Numbered from the stretch's first letter, positions 43,990 to 53,914 are shown. The stretch is DNA of 64,000 nucleotides from an uncultured virus (IMG/VR IMGVR_UViG_3300014004_000001) (IMGVR_UViG_3300014004_000001:62001-126000), one strand, 5' to 3'. Notes: a model not told the origin generated them from the letters alone. Numbers and translations: made by a program.

Positions 43990-45101
43990 AACAGACTAAT
44001 CAGACACTTTACGGTAAAGATTCCAATGGTAAACTCAAACAGTGGACCGTCTTTACGGATGGTGCAACTGTGACTGTAGCTCACGGTAAAGTTGGCGGAA
44101 AGATTACCCAGAAATCCTATGAGGCAGAAGCCAAGAACACAGGACGTGCGAATGCAACTACACCAGAAGAACAAGCGGAAGCTGAAGCTTTTGCCAAATG
44201 GACTAAGCAACTGAAGAATGGTTATTATAAAACCACGGAAGAAGCAGAGAACCATGTTCCATCTACACCAATGAAATGCCAGGACTATAAAGATTTTGCG
44301 CATAAGGTGGTCTTCCCTGGGTATGCACAATACAAACTGAATGGCCTACGTTCAATGATCAACATGAAGGGCGAATGTTTGTCTAAAGCTGGAGAAGTTT
44401 ACAAACTCCCTCCGCACTGGCAAGGTATTCCAAACTTCATCAGCGAAGTTGTTGGTCATCCTCTGGATGGGGAAGTGTTCGCTGGTCTTGGTGTTCTTAG
44501 TTTGCAACAGATCAACAGCGCATGGAAAAAGCACAATGAGAATACACCGCTCCTCAACTATTATGTTTACGATGTTCCTGTGGCAGATATGCCATTTGAG
44601 AAGCGTGTTGAAGTATTAGCGGCTCTTAAAGCTGTAGCCGAAGATAACGGTTTGGACGAACTGATCTGTGTCGTACATACAGAGTATATTGAAAATCAAG
44701 AACAGTTGGATGCATTTTATGCTAAAGCTTTACTTGAAAAAGCTGAAGGTATCGTGTATCGTAATGCTCATGGTGTCTATGAGTTTGATAAACGTTCCTA
44801 TGACGTGATCAAACGAAAACCGCGCCAGACTTTGGAAGTTAAAGTTATTTCTATGCGTTCTGATAAAAATAACGATGGGGTGTTGACAGGTGAGATGGAG
44901 AATGGTAAACTTGTTGAGTTCTTGATGCGAAAAGATGCTCACGAAACTATCAACTACCGTAAAGCAGAGAATGCCGAAACTTTGATTGGTCAGTTTGTTG
45001 AGATCGAGTATGAAGAATTTTCTGATGAAGGTATCCCAACTAAACCAGTCGGTGTACGTCTTCGTAAAATGATCCCAGGGACTTGGGAGCCAGCAGAGTA
45101 A
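43986..45101 (+). CDS. ATP-dependent DNA ligase
   Basis: QYKLNGLR (motif I), LDGEV, YVYD, EGIVYR, IKRK; TTG start at 43986 after GGAGG. Confidence 0.9.
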   Translation: MKQTNQTLYGKDSNGKLKQWTVFTDGATVTVAHGKVGGKITQKSYEAEAKNTGRANATTPEEQAEAEAFAKWTKQLKNGYYKTTEEAENHVPSTPMKCQDYKDFAHKVVFPGYAQYKLNGLRSMINMKGECLSKAGEVYKLPPHWQGIPNFISEVVGHPLDGEVFAGLGVLSLQQINSAWKKHNENTPLLNYYVYDVPVADMPFEKRVEVLAALKAVAEDNGLDELICVVHTEYIENQEQLDAFYAKALLEKAEGIVYRNAHGVYEFDKRSYDVIKRKPRQTLEVKVISMRSDKNNDGVLTGEMENGKLVEFLMRKDAHETINYRKAENAETLIGQFVEIEYEEFSDEGIPTKPVGVRLRKMIPGTWEPAE

Positions 45102-45111
45102 AGGAGGTTGT

Positions 45112-45300
45112 ATGTTGATTTTAACAGTGTATATCTTGTTGTCAGTATTGGCTGTATGCTGTATGTTCCTTAGCTGTTGCAAAGATAAGACACTTTTAGT
45201 CTCTGTAGCAAAAACTATAGATGCGATAATGGCGGGTATCGGGTACGCAGCAGTGATCTACATTTTCTGTTTTTACTTTGTGGCTGAATGGGTTAATTAA
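45112..45300 (+). CDS. Two-TM membrane protein
   Basis: Two hydrophobic helices; AGGAGG RBS. Confidence 0.65.
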   Translation: MLILTVYILLSVLAVCCMFLSCCKDKTLLVSVAKTIDAIMAGIGYAAVIYIFCFYFVAEWVN

Positions 45301-45309
45301 GGGGGATTT

Positions 45310-45498
45310 ATGGGTGTTGAAGTTTTTCTGATTCTTTTGTTGCTTTCTATTGTGGCTTGTGGTATTATTATGGCTTCTACATTCCCATTAAACACTTGGT
45401 GGCGAAAATTAAGTCTGATGCTTATATACTGTGCAGCAGGTGCACAAATGGGTTCGGTTGTTATCTACTTGACTGAACTCGCAAAAAATTATTTTTAA
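45310..45498 (+). CDS. Two-TM membrane protein
   Basis: Two hydrophobic helices. Confidence 0.65.
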   Translation: MGVEVFLILLLLSIVACGIIMASTFPLNTWWRKLSLMLIYCAAGAQMGSVVIYLTELAKNYF

Positions 45499-45511
45499 TA
45501 AGGAGAACAAG

Positions 45512-46240
45512 ATGATCGAGAACTTTTTTAAAGAGATTAAGGTAGATGTGGACTTCTATAAGAAAGCAGCTAAACATGTAATTGATTGGAATGCAAAAGC
45601 GCGTGGCGGAGAACAGCCGGAATTTGACCAGGCAATGTTTGTTTCCCAGATCGGGTTTGTTCGTGAAGAACTGAAAGAGTATGAAGAAGCCGCTAAAACT
45701 AATGATCACGTTGAACTCTTGGATGCAGCCGCCGATGTATTCGTTGTTTCCAGTTACCTGGTGTACATGTTCTTTGGTGAAGAAGCCACTCTGAAGTTCC
45801 TTGAGAATCAGGTTGGTACTGTCTTCACAGAAACAATCTACACCGATTTCGACAATATGGAAGCTACCTTCACTGATCCTGTTCAGATGGCAGTATTGAG
45901 TGCTGGTATTATGAACCTTGCGCGTGATACGCTGGTGCGTTCTGTTTATCCAGACAAAAAGATTATGAAAGAAGTTCTTGACAGTAATGATTCTAAGTAC
46001 CCTACTAAGAAGCAACTGTTGGCTGTATGGAATACTTCCGATATTGATCTTGCAATTTCACAAGAATGCGCAGCGATTGAAGAGCGTAATGCCAATCGTC
46101 CTGAAGGTGCTTACACTGGCGTACATGCTACGTACAATGAAAAACAGAAAGTTTATGTGTTCTTTGATGATAAAGGTAAGATCATGAAGCCTTCTACCTT
46201 TGTTAAACCTGATATTGCAAAAATCATTGCTAAGAAATAA
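45512..46240 (+). CDS. MazG-like nucleotide pyrophosphohydrolase
   Basis: REELKEY...ELLDAAAD, EVLDSNDSK, GKIMKP. Confidence 0.75.
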   Translation: MIENFFKEIKVDVDFYKKAAKHVIDWNAKARGGEQPEFDQAMFVSQIGFVREELKEYEEAAKTNDHVELLDAAADVFVVSSYLVYMFFGEEATLKFLENQVGTVFTETIYTDFDNMEATFTDPVQMAVLSAGIMNLARDTLVRSVYPDKKIMKEVLDSNDSKYPTKKQLLAVWNTSDIDLAISQECAAIEERNANRPEGAYTGVHATYNEKQKVYVFFDDKGKIMKPSTFVKPDIAKIIAKK

Positions 46241-46246
46241 TCTGTA

Positions 46247-46269
46247 AGCCGCCCTTCGGGGCGGTTATT
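46247..46269 (+). terminator. Hairpin/terminator
   Basis: AGCCGCCC-TTCG-GGGCGGTT; weak U tract. Confidence 0.55.
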
Positions 46270-46297
46270 GTGAGAGTTAAATAATAGGAGGAAATAT

Positions 46298-47176
46298 ATG
46301 TTCGTTAAATCTTTTAAATCTGCACTTCCGATGGTTGCTGGTGATAATGCTTCTGTAGCGTCTCTGAACGAGTTCAACGAATTTCCGATTGACTTTGTAC
46401 CTGCTGAAGGATCTCAAGCCCATACTATTGGTCTGGTTCGTTTTGAAGATGACGGGAAATACGTAAAAGAGTTCTCCGATCTGGAACTCCTTCAGGTTGG
46501 TCAATCTGTCAAGAAAGTTGACAAGAAGAAAGTTAAACGTCTTCTTAATGAACGCCTGGAAGAAATTCGAGTAGATATGGAAAGCCAGGGTCAAGAATTC
46601 TTTGTCGCTAAAGAAGACATGAAAGCCCTGAAAGCTGATATTGAATTTGGTCTGCTTCCAGAAACTGAACCAGAAGATTTCTTCAATTATGTAGTTCTGG
46701 ATAAAACAACCAACCTGTTCTATGTGATCAACGGCAGTAAGAAAGTAGCGGAAGCTATTACTTCCTTCTTCCGTAATGTTTTAGGGACTTTCCCTTCTGT
46801 AGGTTTTAGTGTTCACGAAGAAGCGATTATCAAAGGTTTTGGTACATTGCTGAAAGAACACGAAGCTGATCGCCTTACTCTTGGCAACTATATTAAACTG
46901 GAAGATAGTGAAGGTGTTGTTGTCTGGACGAAAGAATCTCTTTACGATTCCAAAGCAATCGAACTTAAAGAAGACGGTAAAGATGTTGTCGCTATTGGCT
47001 TGGAGTACGATGGTGTGCTGGAGTTTGTAGTAGATAAAGAGTTGAAGTTGAGTAAGCTTCGTTTCCCTAAATACTTCAACGATGACGAAGGTTCTATTGA
47101 AGCATCTACTCTACTTTGCTTCAACGAGATTCGTGGTTTGATGGCAGATCTGACTAAAGCAACTATTCTTAAATAA
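46298..47176 (+). CDS. rdgC: Recombination-associated protein RdgC-like
   Basis: LLP...F, GSKKVAEAITSFFRNVLGTFP, GKDVVAIGL...EFVVDKELKLSKLRF. Confidence 0.7.
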   Translation: MFVKSFKSALPMVAGDNASVASLNEFNEFPIDFVPAEGSQAHTIGLVRFEDDGKYVKEFSDLELLQVGQSVKKVDKKKVKRLLNERLEEIRVDMESQGQEFFVAKEDMKALKADIEFGLLPETEPEDFFNYVVLDKTTNLFYVINGSKKVAEAITSFFRNVLGTFPSVGFSVHEEAIIKGFGTLLKEHEADRLTLGNYIKLEDSEGVVVWTKESLYDSKAIELKEDGKDVVAIGLEYDGVLEFVVDKELKLSKLRFPKYFNDDEGSIEASTLLCFNEIRGLMADLTKATILK

Positions 47177-47180
47177 GTGC

Positions 47181-47209
47181 TTGACTTGCAGACCTCATTG
47201 TGATACTAT
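47181..47209 (+). promoter_or_regulatory. Sigma70-like promoter
   Basis: TTGACT-17-TACTAT with extended -10 TG. Confidence 0.8.
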
Positions 47210-47237
47210 GCCTACCTACTCAATGAGGTAGGCTTTT
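47210..47237 (+). terminator. Terminator overlapping the promoter start
   Basis: GCCTACCT-8-AGGTAGGC + TTTT. Confidence 0.6.
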
Positions 47238-47247
47238 AGGAGGTGTT

Positions 47248-47457
47248 ATGAAAAAGACAATTGCAGCGTTACTGTTGGCAACAAGTTTCTCGGCAGCGGC
47301 TGGACAAACTACTCTCATTCTTTCGGATGAGGAAGTTAGCGGAAATACTAAATATTGTTTCTATTCCAACTCCATCTACGACAAAGTTATCCAGATCTCT
47401 GCGAGTCGGCAATGTCCTTACACAAAAACATTCAGTACGGATGATGACGATGAATAA
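47248..47457 (+). CDS. Small exported protein
   Basis: Sec signal MKKTIAALLLATSFSAAA; two Cys. Confidence 0.7.
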   Translation: MKKTIAALLLATSFSAAAGQTTLILSDEEVSGNTKYCFYSNSIYDKVIQISASRQCPYTKTFSTDDDDE

Positions 47458-47501
47458 TAGGGGGAATTATCAGCGGGTACATTTTAATAAAACCGGAAGA
47501 T

Positions 47502-48593
47502 TTGCACAAGTATGTTGACCTAAACACTGTTGTGGTTATTGACTACGATCAGGTTGCTTTCCAAGCGGCTTCTGCTGTAGAGAAGCGTCGTATCTTGGCT
47601 AAACATGCAGCCTCCGGTTCCGAAAAAGAATTTGACAATAAGACAGAGTTTTGGGGTAAGAGTAAGACTGAAATTGGTGGTTGGCTTGGAGCATTGAATG
47701 CTAAACGAGAAGAGCAGGGTAAACGTCCTTTCACCAAAGAAGAGTTTGAAATTATTGATGTGCAATACGTACCAGACACTTTGTCACATGCTTTTCAAGC
47801 AGCTAAAACAAAAGTTCAAGCGATCTTAAAGCATTTAAGTTTAGAAAAATATTGCGGAGTTATCGGTGTAGGGAAAACCTTCCGACATGATTTTAAGATG
47901 CCTACCGAATATAAATCTGAACGATCTGACATTAAGCCTTTACAACTATCCGATACCAAAGACTACTTGGTAGAGCAACACAATGGGGATGTTGTTACGG
48001 TTATCGAAGCCGATGATGAATTAGAGAAGTACGGTTTCCAAGGCTACAAAGATTACAAACGCACAGGCAAATTCTCTTACATCCTGGCGTCAATAGATAA
48101 AGACAGCCTATCCACTCCAAGCATCCTCTTTAACTTCTACAAAGAAGACGGTGTATTCAAGAATCCCGATATCATTCTGATAGACGAGTCCATTGGAGAT
48201 TTGTGGATTGTTGAGAAGGGCAAGAAAAAAGAGGTTAAGGGTTGGGGATCTTTCTGGTTGGCCTATCAGATGCTGATGGGAGATAAAACGGATAGCATCC
48301 GTCCTTACCAGGATTTTGGTATTAAGTTTGGAGACGTTTCTTGTTTCAACTTGATATCTGAATGCAAGACCCAAGCTGAACTTTTCCAGAAAGTGAAAGA
48401 TACATTTTATACCTGGTTCCCTGAAGGTGTTAAATTTACATCTTGGGATGGGGAAGCAGTAGAATTAACAACCGATCAATGGATCGAGACAATATTCCAA
48501 CTTGTTTACATGAAGCGTTGGGATAACGATAACACAACTTTTGAGAGTATGCTTCAAGCGTACATTTCACAACAGGAGACAATTAATGAGTAA
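47502..48593 (+). CDS. 5'-3' exonuclease (T7 gp6/T5 D15-like)
   Basis: IDYD, EADD, DKD, MLMGDKTDSI; the real start may be ATC 47469 or ATT 47466. Confidence 0.85.
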   Translation: MHKYVDLNTVVVIDYDQVAFQAASAVEKRRILAKHAASGSEKEFDNKTEFWGKSKTEIGGWLGALNAKREEQGKRPFTKEEFEIIDVQYVPDTLSHAFQAAKTKVQAILKHLSLEKYCGVIGVGKTFRHDFKMPTEYKSERSDIKPLQLSDTKDYLVEQHNGDVVTVIEADDELEKYGFQGYKDYKRTGKFSYILASIDKDSLSTPSILFNFYKEDGVFKNPDIILIDESIGDLWIVEKGKKKEVKGWGSFWLAYQMLMGDKTDSIRPYQDFGIKFGDVSCFNLISECKTQAELFQKVKDTFYTWFPEGVKFTSWDGEAVELTTDQWIETIFQLVYMKRWDNDNTTFESMLQAYISQQETINE

Positions 48594-49551
48594 ATTAACA
48601 ACAGAGCAGAAAGTAGAAATCATTAGCCTTAAAACACAAGGCCTTTCTTCTCGCCAGATCGCTGCATTAGTTCTCGGTAGCGCGACAAAGAAAAGTACAG
48701 TGAACGATTTCTTGGTTCGTGAAAACTCTGCCAATGCTGGAACTCCTAAAGTTAAACCAGAAGGCCCAGTAGTTAAAATTATTGACGTTGAAACAGCACC
48801 AGAAATTGCGTATACTTTCCGTCGATTCAAAGCTTTTATCTCTCCTGATCAGGTGATTCGCCGTGGTTACTTGCTGTCCTACTCTTCCGCAGATCTGCGT
48901 ACTGCTGAAGTTGAAGGTAAGAACTTGGCAAGCTACCCTCTGTTTGATATTGATCACACAGACGATTGGGAACTGTGCCAAGACATTTGGAAGCTTCTGG
49001 ATGAAGCTGATATCGTTGTAGCCCACAACGGTGTTAAATTTGACCGTGCTTATATTAACCAGCGTTTCGCATACCACGGAATGGTTCCTCCGTCGAACTA
49101 TGTTGTGGTCGATACTCTGAAAGCGGCTAAGAAACAATTCTTCTTACCGTCTAATTCTCTGAAAGAGATGGGTGCTTACTTCGAAACAGAGAGCGAAAAA
49201 CTTGATAACGAAGGGTTCCCATTGTGGAAAGCTTGTTGTGAAGGTGATCGTGATGCGTTTGAACGTATGCAAACTTACAACGATGGTGATGTAGTTTCTC
49301 TGCGAGATCTGTACATTAAGATTCTGGCATGGATTCCGCAACATCCTAACGTATCTGCTTACTACGAAGATACCAAAGTTCGTTGCTCTCGTTGTGGCAG
49401 TGCACATGTGAATGTACTGGCAGATAAGAAGTACCACACAGCAGTGAGTTCTTTTGATATTATTCGTTGTGAAGATTGTGGTGGACTTTCCCGTGGACGT
49501 GTTAACAGCCGTTCCAAAGATAAGATGAAAAACACTATTGTAGGGATTTAA
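48586..49551 (+). CDS. DnaQ/RNase H-like exonuclease with N-terminal HTH and C-terminal zinc ribbon
   Basis: IDVET, AHNGVKFD, DTLK, YNDGDV, CSRCGS/CEDCG; start at 48586. Confidence 0.8.
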   Translation: MSKLTTEQKVEIISLKTQGLSSRQIAALVLGSATKKSTVNDFLVRENSANAGTPKVKPEGPVVKIIDVETAPEIAYTFRRFKAFISPDQVIRRGYLLSYSSADLRTAEVEGKNLASYPLFDIDHTDDWELCQDIWKLLDEADIVVAHNGVKFDRAYINQRFAYHGMVPPSNYVVVDTLKAAKKQFFLPSNSLKEMGAYFETESEKLDNEGFPLWKACCEGDRDAFERMQTYNDGDVVSLRDLYIKILAWIPQHPNVSAYYEDTKVRCSRCGSAHVNVLADKKYHTAVSSFDIIRCEDCGGLSRGRVNSRSKDKMKNTIVGI

Positions 49552-49555
49552 TAAG

Positions 49556-49578
49556 AAAGGGGCTTCGGCCCCTTTTTT
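49556..49578 (+). terminator. Intrinsic terminator
   Basis: AAAGGGGC-TTCG-GCCCCTTTTTT. Confidence 0.9.
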
Positions 49579-49588
49579 CATTTAAGTG

Positions 49589-49617
49589 TTGACATAGAGA
49601 GCCAAGTGCGATACAAT
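49589..49617 (+). promoter_or_regulatory. Sigma70-like promoter
   Basis: TTGACA-17-TACAAT. Confidence 0.85.
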
Positions 49618-49660
49618 CTTTATCCACAAGGCATATCGCCTTAAACAAGAGGAGACTATC

Positions 49661-50119
49661 ATGAGTAAAAATATCGTTGTTTTTCGTAACGCCGCTGATT
49701 TCCGTAATTATGCCGCAGAGTCTGGTCGTAACAATGCAGCCCGTGCTTTGTACCGCCAATTTCTACGCCTGAATAATCTGCAACGTAATGAATTGATCAA
49801 AGATGCTTCCGGCAGGACAGTTGGTAAAGATAACCGCCAACAAGTGCTTCATGCAGGGTGTCTATATGGTGTCTCTGTGAATGACAAAGGCGATTGTCGT
49901 CAATACGACAGTGATTATGTGGGTCTGATTAATATCTCACCTACCACTGGTACTGTTTACCTGGCTTTCACGCAAGATTTGTCTTTGCAGAAGAAACCAA
50001 ACCTGATCCGTACCAAAGGTAATAACGCAGCTTATAACGCCGTTATGCAGAAAAACGAAAGTATTGAACTTGATTATTTTAAAGTTTGGGATGATACAGT
50101 CCCAGAACAAACCTACTAA
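49661..50119 (+). CDS. Hypothetical protein
   Basis: GAGGAG RBS; follows the promoter. Confidence 0.7.
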   Translation: MSKNIVVFRNAADFRNYAAESGRNNAARALYRQFLRLNNLQRNELIKDASGRTVGKDNRQQVLHAGCLYGVSVNDKGDCRQYDSDYVGLINISPTTGTVYLAFTQDLSLQKKPNLIRTKGNNAAYNAVMQKNESIELDYFKVWDDTVPEQTY

Positions 50120-50128
50120 GGAGGAGTA

Positions 50129-50356
50129 ATGAGTATTACGCTTACAGGTAACGAAATTTTCGAACTGTTTGAGATGTTGGGTATGAACTACTCAATTGAA
50201 AAAGATCCAGAATTACTGGACGTTAGCATCACCGTCTTAGAAGACAAAGAACTTCTTGATGACAATGGTAACGTTATGTATAAAGGTCGTGTAGCTTTCT
50301 ATACAGATTACCCTGAAGAGGGTGGAGTTGGAATCCAGGAGGAAAATTATGTCTAA
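50129..50356 (+). CDS. Hypothetical protein
   Basis: AGGAGGAG RBS. Confidence 0.65.
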   Translation: MSITLTGNEIFELFEMLGMNYSIEKDPELLDVSITVLEDKELLDDNGNVMYKGRVAFYTDYPEEGGVGIQEENYV

Positions 50357-50747
50357 TGCACTTCAGAACCAGGTAGATGGACACCACTACACAGATATGG
50401 TGATGCAACCAGTGGAGCTTGCATATCTTGTTGGTGGAACGCCTTGCTTTTGTAAGTTGGCAAAATATGCAACTCGTATCAAAGGTGATCGTCAAGTAAA
50501 CCTTGATAAAGCAATTCACTGTATTGAGTTGGAATGGGCTATCAGGGAAAATCACCCTCAAATGGTGGAAGAGGGTTATCCCCTGCTGAACAGCGAAGCT
50601 AAACTTGAACAAGCCGCAATGTTGGTTAAATTCTTCACTAAAGATGAAAATATTCAGTATGCTTTAATTTCTATGCTTACTGGAAATTACAGCAATGCTA
50701 TCACTTTCATTCAGAATGTTAAGCGTAAGGTGGAAAATGGTGAGTAA
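50349..50747 (+). CDS. DUF3310/SaV-like protein
   Basis: NALQNQVDGHHY...QPVE...KYATR...LDKAIHC; start at 50349. Confidence 0.7.
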   Translation: MSNALQNQVDGHHYTDMVMQPVELAYLVGGTPCFCKLAKYATRIKGDRQVNLDKAIHCIELEWAIRENHPQMVEEGYPLLNSEAKLEQAAMLVKFFTKDENIQYALISMLTGNYSNAITFIQNVKRKVENGE

Positions 50748-50928
50748 TGCAAAACAGTATGGTGAAGGTGAAGTCTATAAGGTTTATAACCGTAAAGGGG
50801 ATAAGCTTTTAGTGACCATCACTATCCCAGAAAATATGTGCAAGGCAGGTTTGGATCGCCTGTTGTTCTTTAAACACAATATTCCTCCTGGTGAATGCAC
50901 AATCAAGAAGGTGCCAATTGTCAAGTAA
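50737..50928 (+). CDS. Hypothetical protein
   Basis: Overlaps both neighbours as in an operon. Confidence 0.5.
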   Translation: MVSNAKQYGEGEVYKVYNRKGDKLLVTITIPENMCKAGLDRLLFFKHNIPPGECTIKKVPIVK

Positions 50929-51496
50929 AGAACCAAAAATAATGTGGGGCGAAGGAACGCCCTGGAAGTCACAAGCAGAGTTTTACACCTATCTTCGTGG
51001 CTGTCTTCGTCAAGCATGGATGAGACACCCTAACAAAATCAAACTGTTGAATGCAAAACGATTCAAAGCGGATCGTCTGGATAAAGATGGTAAGGTGATG
51101 TTAGATAAGAAGACTGGCTTGCCGAAACAGGTTTGGCATTGTTCTTGTGAAGTGTGCGGATACACCGGAGGTATGAAAGACTTCCAAGTGGATCATATCC
51201 ATGCAGCAAAAAACTTGCAATGTTTTGATGACATTCCTATGTTCGTTCTGCGCTTGATTTATGTCAATGTGGAAGACTTACGTATGGTTTGTAAATCTTG
51301 TAACTCTATCTTAGCTTACGCTGACAAGCAGGGTATTTCTTTCGAACAGGCAAAAGTTGAGAAAGAAGCTATTGCGATCTGCAAAGATAAGCAAGATAAG
51401 AAGTGGTTAACGAAACGAGGTATCGAACCAGCAAGTACCGTAGCAAAACGAAGAGAACAAATAGTCAAAATCCTATTGCAGGAAATCGAAAGTTAG
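50918..51496 (+). CDS. HNH-type endonuclease
   Basis: CEVCG...QVDHIH...LRMVCKSCN; probable TTG start at 50918. Confidence 0.75.
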   Translation: MSSKEPKIMWGEGTPWKSQAEFYTYLRGCLRQAWMRHPNKIKLLNAKRFKADRLDKDGKVMLDKKTGLPKQVWHCSCEVCGYTGGMKDFQVDHIHAAKNLQCFDDIPMFVLRLIYVNVEDLRMVCKSCNSILAYADKQGISFEQAKVEKEAIAICKDKQDKKWLTKRGIEPASTVAKRREQIVKILLQEIES

Positions 51497-51530
51497 GTTA
51501 ATATAACAATACTGGAAGAGAGGAGGGATT

Positions 51531-52148
51531 ATGAAGATAGTTTGTGATTGGGATTTGGTGGTTGCTCCACTGGATGTTGCTTGGTTGGAATGGTTGGTTA
51601 AAGTTAGTGGTAATTGTGTAGGCTTCTGCGAAGCTGTCAAGAATGTTGACTACGATCTTACTAAATACTTCCCAGGCTTCCGTGAGAAGTTTAACATTGA
51701 TCCTTACGGCTTTCTGGATAATCCCCATCTCTATGATACGATGGGATGTATCAAACCTATGGCTAACTTCTTAGAAGGTGTTGTGAAAGAGGGAGATAAT
51801 GCACTTATTGCAAGTGTGACTAAAGGTGGACACCTTAGCTCAAAACACAAACATGTTCTAAGAACTTTACCAACCATTGATTTTGGTAAAGGTTCTGGTA
51901 ACGGTTTCTTTGCCACAAAAGAAAAATACCTGTTGCCTTGCGATATTGCCATAGATGACAGGGCAGAAAACCTGTTGTATTTTCCAGATCATGTTGTTAA
52001 GATTTACTACAATACGATGTATAAAGATTTGTATTTGGAAGAATTAAAAAAGAAACCAAACGTAGTTGTCACAGGTTTGTACAATCAAGCAGAAACCTGT
52101 TGGCAAGTTTATTCAATGTTAAAAGAACGAGGAGAAATTAATGTCTAA
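51531..52148 (+). CDS. HAD-family 5'(3')-deoxyribonucleotidase
   Basis: CDWDLVV, KEK, IAIDDRAEN. Confidence 0.7.
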   Translation: MKIVCDWDLVVAPLDVAWLEWLVKVSGNCVGFCEAVKNVDYDLTKYFPGFREKFNIDPYGFLDNPHLYDTMGCIKPMANFLEGVVKEGDNALIASVTKGGHLSSKHKHVLRTLPTIDFGKGSGNGFFATKEKYLLPCDIAIDDRAENLLYFPDHVVKIYYNTMYKDLYLEELKKKPNVVVTGLYNQAETCWQVYSMLKERGEINV

Positions 52149-53136
52149 TATCAGTGCACAAGTCATCGCCCAGTCTATGAACGCAGAAGGGCAAGTGATT
52201 ACAACTTTCGAACTGGAATACCCACGTATCATCCATTCTGAGTTGATGACGCACCGCTTATTCTCCCGCAACGCGGCTTCAAGCCGTGCTATTCCAGTCA
52301 AGACTTTGATTGAGATGGTTCGCAACGAACCTGCTGCACCTGTTCGTTTTGGTCAACACCAACCTGGTATGCAGGATCAGGGTGTAGAGTATGATGCTCT
52401 CATTGGGGTAGGTTATTCGGGTCGTGAGTGGTGGAATTTAGCTGCGCTTAGTGCAGCAAACTTTGCAGAACAAATGGCGGAAGCTGGTTACGCGAAGCAG
52501 GTTTGTAATCGCCTTCTTGAACCATTCCAGAGAATGAAGACGGTTCTGACAGCAACCGAGTATGAAAACTTCTGGTGGTTACGTGACGATGCTGATGCTG
52601 ATCCGACTATTGAAGCTTTAGCTAAAGTTATGTTTGAAGCTTATGAAGCCTCTACTCCAGAACTACTGGCTCCAGGGCAATGGCATACCCCTTACGTAGA
52701 TCACGTCTACGAGAACATCGGTCTGGAAGGGGATGATGTTTTGGTATTCGCTGGGTATAGCACTACAGATGAAAATGGTGATACTGTCATGCTGTCGCTG
52801 GAAGAAGCACTTGCAATCTCTTCTTCTTGTTGCGCACAAGTGAGCTATCGTCGTCTGAATGCAACTAAAGATAAAGCTTTGGATATCTATGGGCGTTTGC
52901 TTACTGGTCGTAAAGTCCATGCTTCTCCGTTCGAACACCAAGCTACACCTATGAAAGAAGCCTACGAACTTCTTGGTGAGAACGCATCTGAAGATGTTCT
53001 TATTAACGTTCCGTGGTTTGCAGCTTCTTGGGAAGCAGGTATTACGCATAGTGATCGCAACGAAAAACTGTGGTCTGGAAATTTCAAAGGATTTATCCAG
53101 CACCGTCAGCTTTTAAATAATCATACTAAATGGTGA
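52141..53136 (+). CDS. thyX: Flavin-dependent thymidylate synthase
   Basis: RIIHSELMTHRLFSRNAASSRAIP, KQVCNRLLEPF, HASPFEHQA. Confidence 0.85.
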   Translation: MSNISAQVIAQSMNAEGQVITTFELEYPRIIHSELMTHRLFSRNAASSRAIPVKTLIEMVRNEPAAPVRFGQHQPGMQDQGVEYDALIGVGYSGREWWNLAALSAANFAEQMAEAGYAKQVCNRLLEPFQRMKTVLTATEYENFWWLRDDADADPTIEALAKVMFEAYEASTPELLAPGQWHTPYVDHVYENIGLEGDDVLVFAGYSTTDENGDTVMLSLEEALAISSSCCAQVSYRRLNATKDKALDIYGRLLTGRKVHASPFEHQATPMKEAYELLGENASEDVLINVPWFAASWEAGITHSDRNEKLWSGNFKGFIQHRQLLNNHTKW

Positions 53137-53152
53137 TTCGAGTAAATTCTTA

Positions 53153-53182
53153 TTGACTTTAGTATGAGATTTGGTGTAGTAT
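53153..53182 (+). promoter_or_regulatory. Sigma70-like promoter
   Basis: TTGACT-18-TAGTAT. Confidence 0.6.
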
Positions 53183-53233
53183 AGCAAAACATTGGGGGAG
53201 GTGAGATCCCCCACTTATAAAAAGGAGAAAATT

Positions 53234-53644
53234 ATGTCATTAGTAAACACTACCACTTGGGCTACCGTGAGCATGTCTACCGTTAAGTCTACCCCGATCT
53301 GGCAGCAAGAGTCCGAAAAATACCGTGGTCATATTCCTCACGATCGTCACGCAGATGTACTTCGTGCCGCTCTGGTATTCCTTGGTATGAACGAAGATGG
53401 CAACTTCTCTGTTGAACGTAATGTTAATATACGTAGTAACAACGACAACAGTTTGGTTTATATCAACACAACTCTTTATACTTTTGCTGTTAAAGAAAGC
53501 TGTCCTTTCAAACACATTTACCAGAAGAATGATATTTTTCATTATGGCGATGAAGAGTTTGGCGGTTGGGGTGTGACTCACACAAAAATGGACGATTTCG
53601 GTAATTCCTACGATCCTGCGAGAGCAGAAGACAATTCACTTTAA
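53234..53644 (+). CDS. Hypothetical protein
   Basis: AAGGAG RBS before the ATG at 53234. Confidence 0.65.
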   Translation: MSLVNTTTWATVSMSTVKSTPIWQQESEKYRGHIPHDRHADVLRAALVFLGMNEDGNFSVERNVNIRSNNDNSLVYINTTLYTFAVKESCPFKHIYQKNDIFHYGDEEFGGWGVTHTKMDDFGNSYDPARAEDNSL

Positions 53645-53654
53645 GAGAGGGATA

Positions 53655-53900
53655 ATGACCGATAATAAATACGAAGGCTGTGAGATTGAAGTTTACTTTG
53701 ATGAGACAGTAGGCTGTAATGTTACAGTGATTTTAGATACTTCCAAACGCTTATCACCAAAACGACAAGAAGCAGATCGCAAAGCTAAAGCGAAAGGTTT
53801 CCACGATATAAATCATTTTGAAGGGTTCCTTTATGCGAACGGACTGTTTAACGAAATGAAATTTGGATACGATGTAGACGTGCTTGGGATTCATAGTTAA
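53655..53900 (+). CDS. Hypothetical protein
   Basis: GAGGG RBS. Confidence 0.6.
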   Translation: MTDNKYEGCEIEVYFDETVGCNVTVILDTSKRLSPKRQEADRKAKAKGFHDINHFEGFLYANGLFNEMKFGYDVDVLGIHS

Positions 53901-53914
53901 GATAGGGAGGAGAA

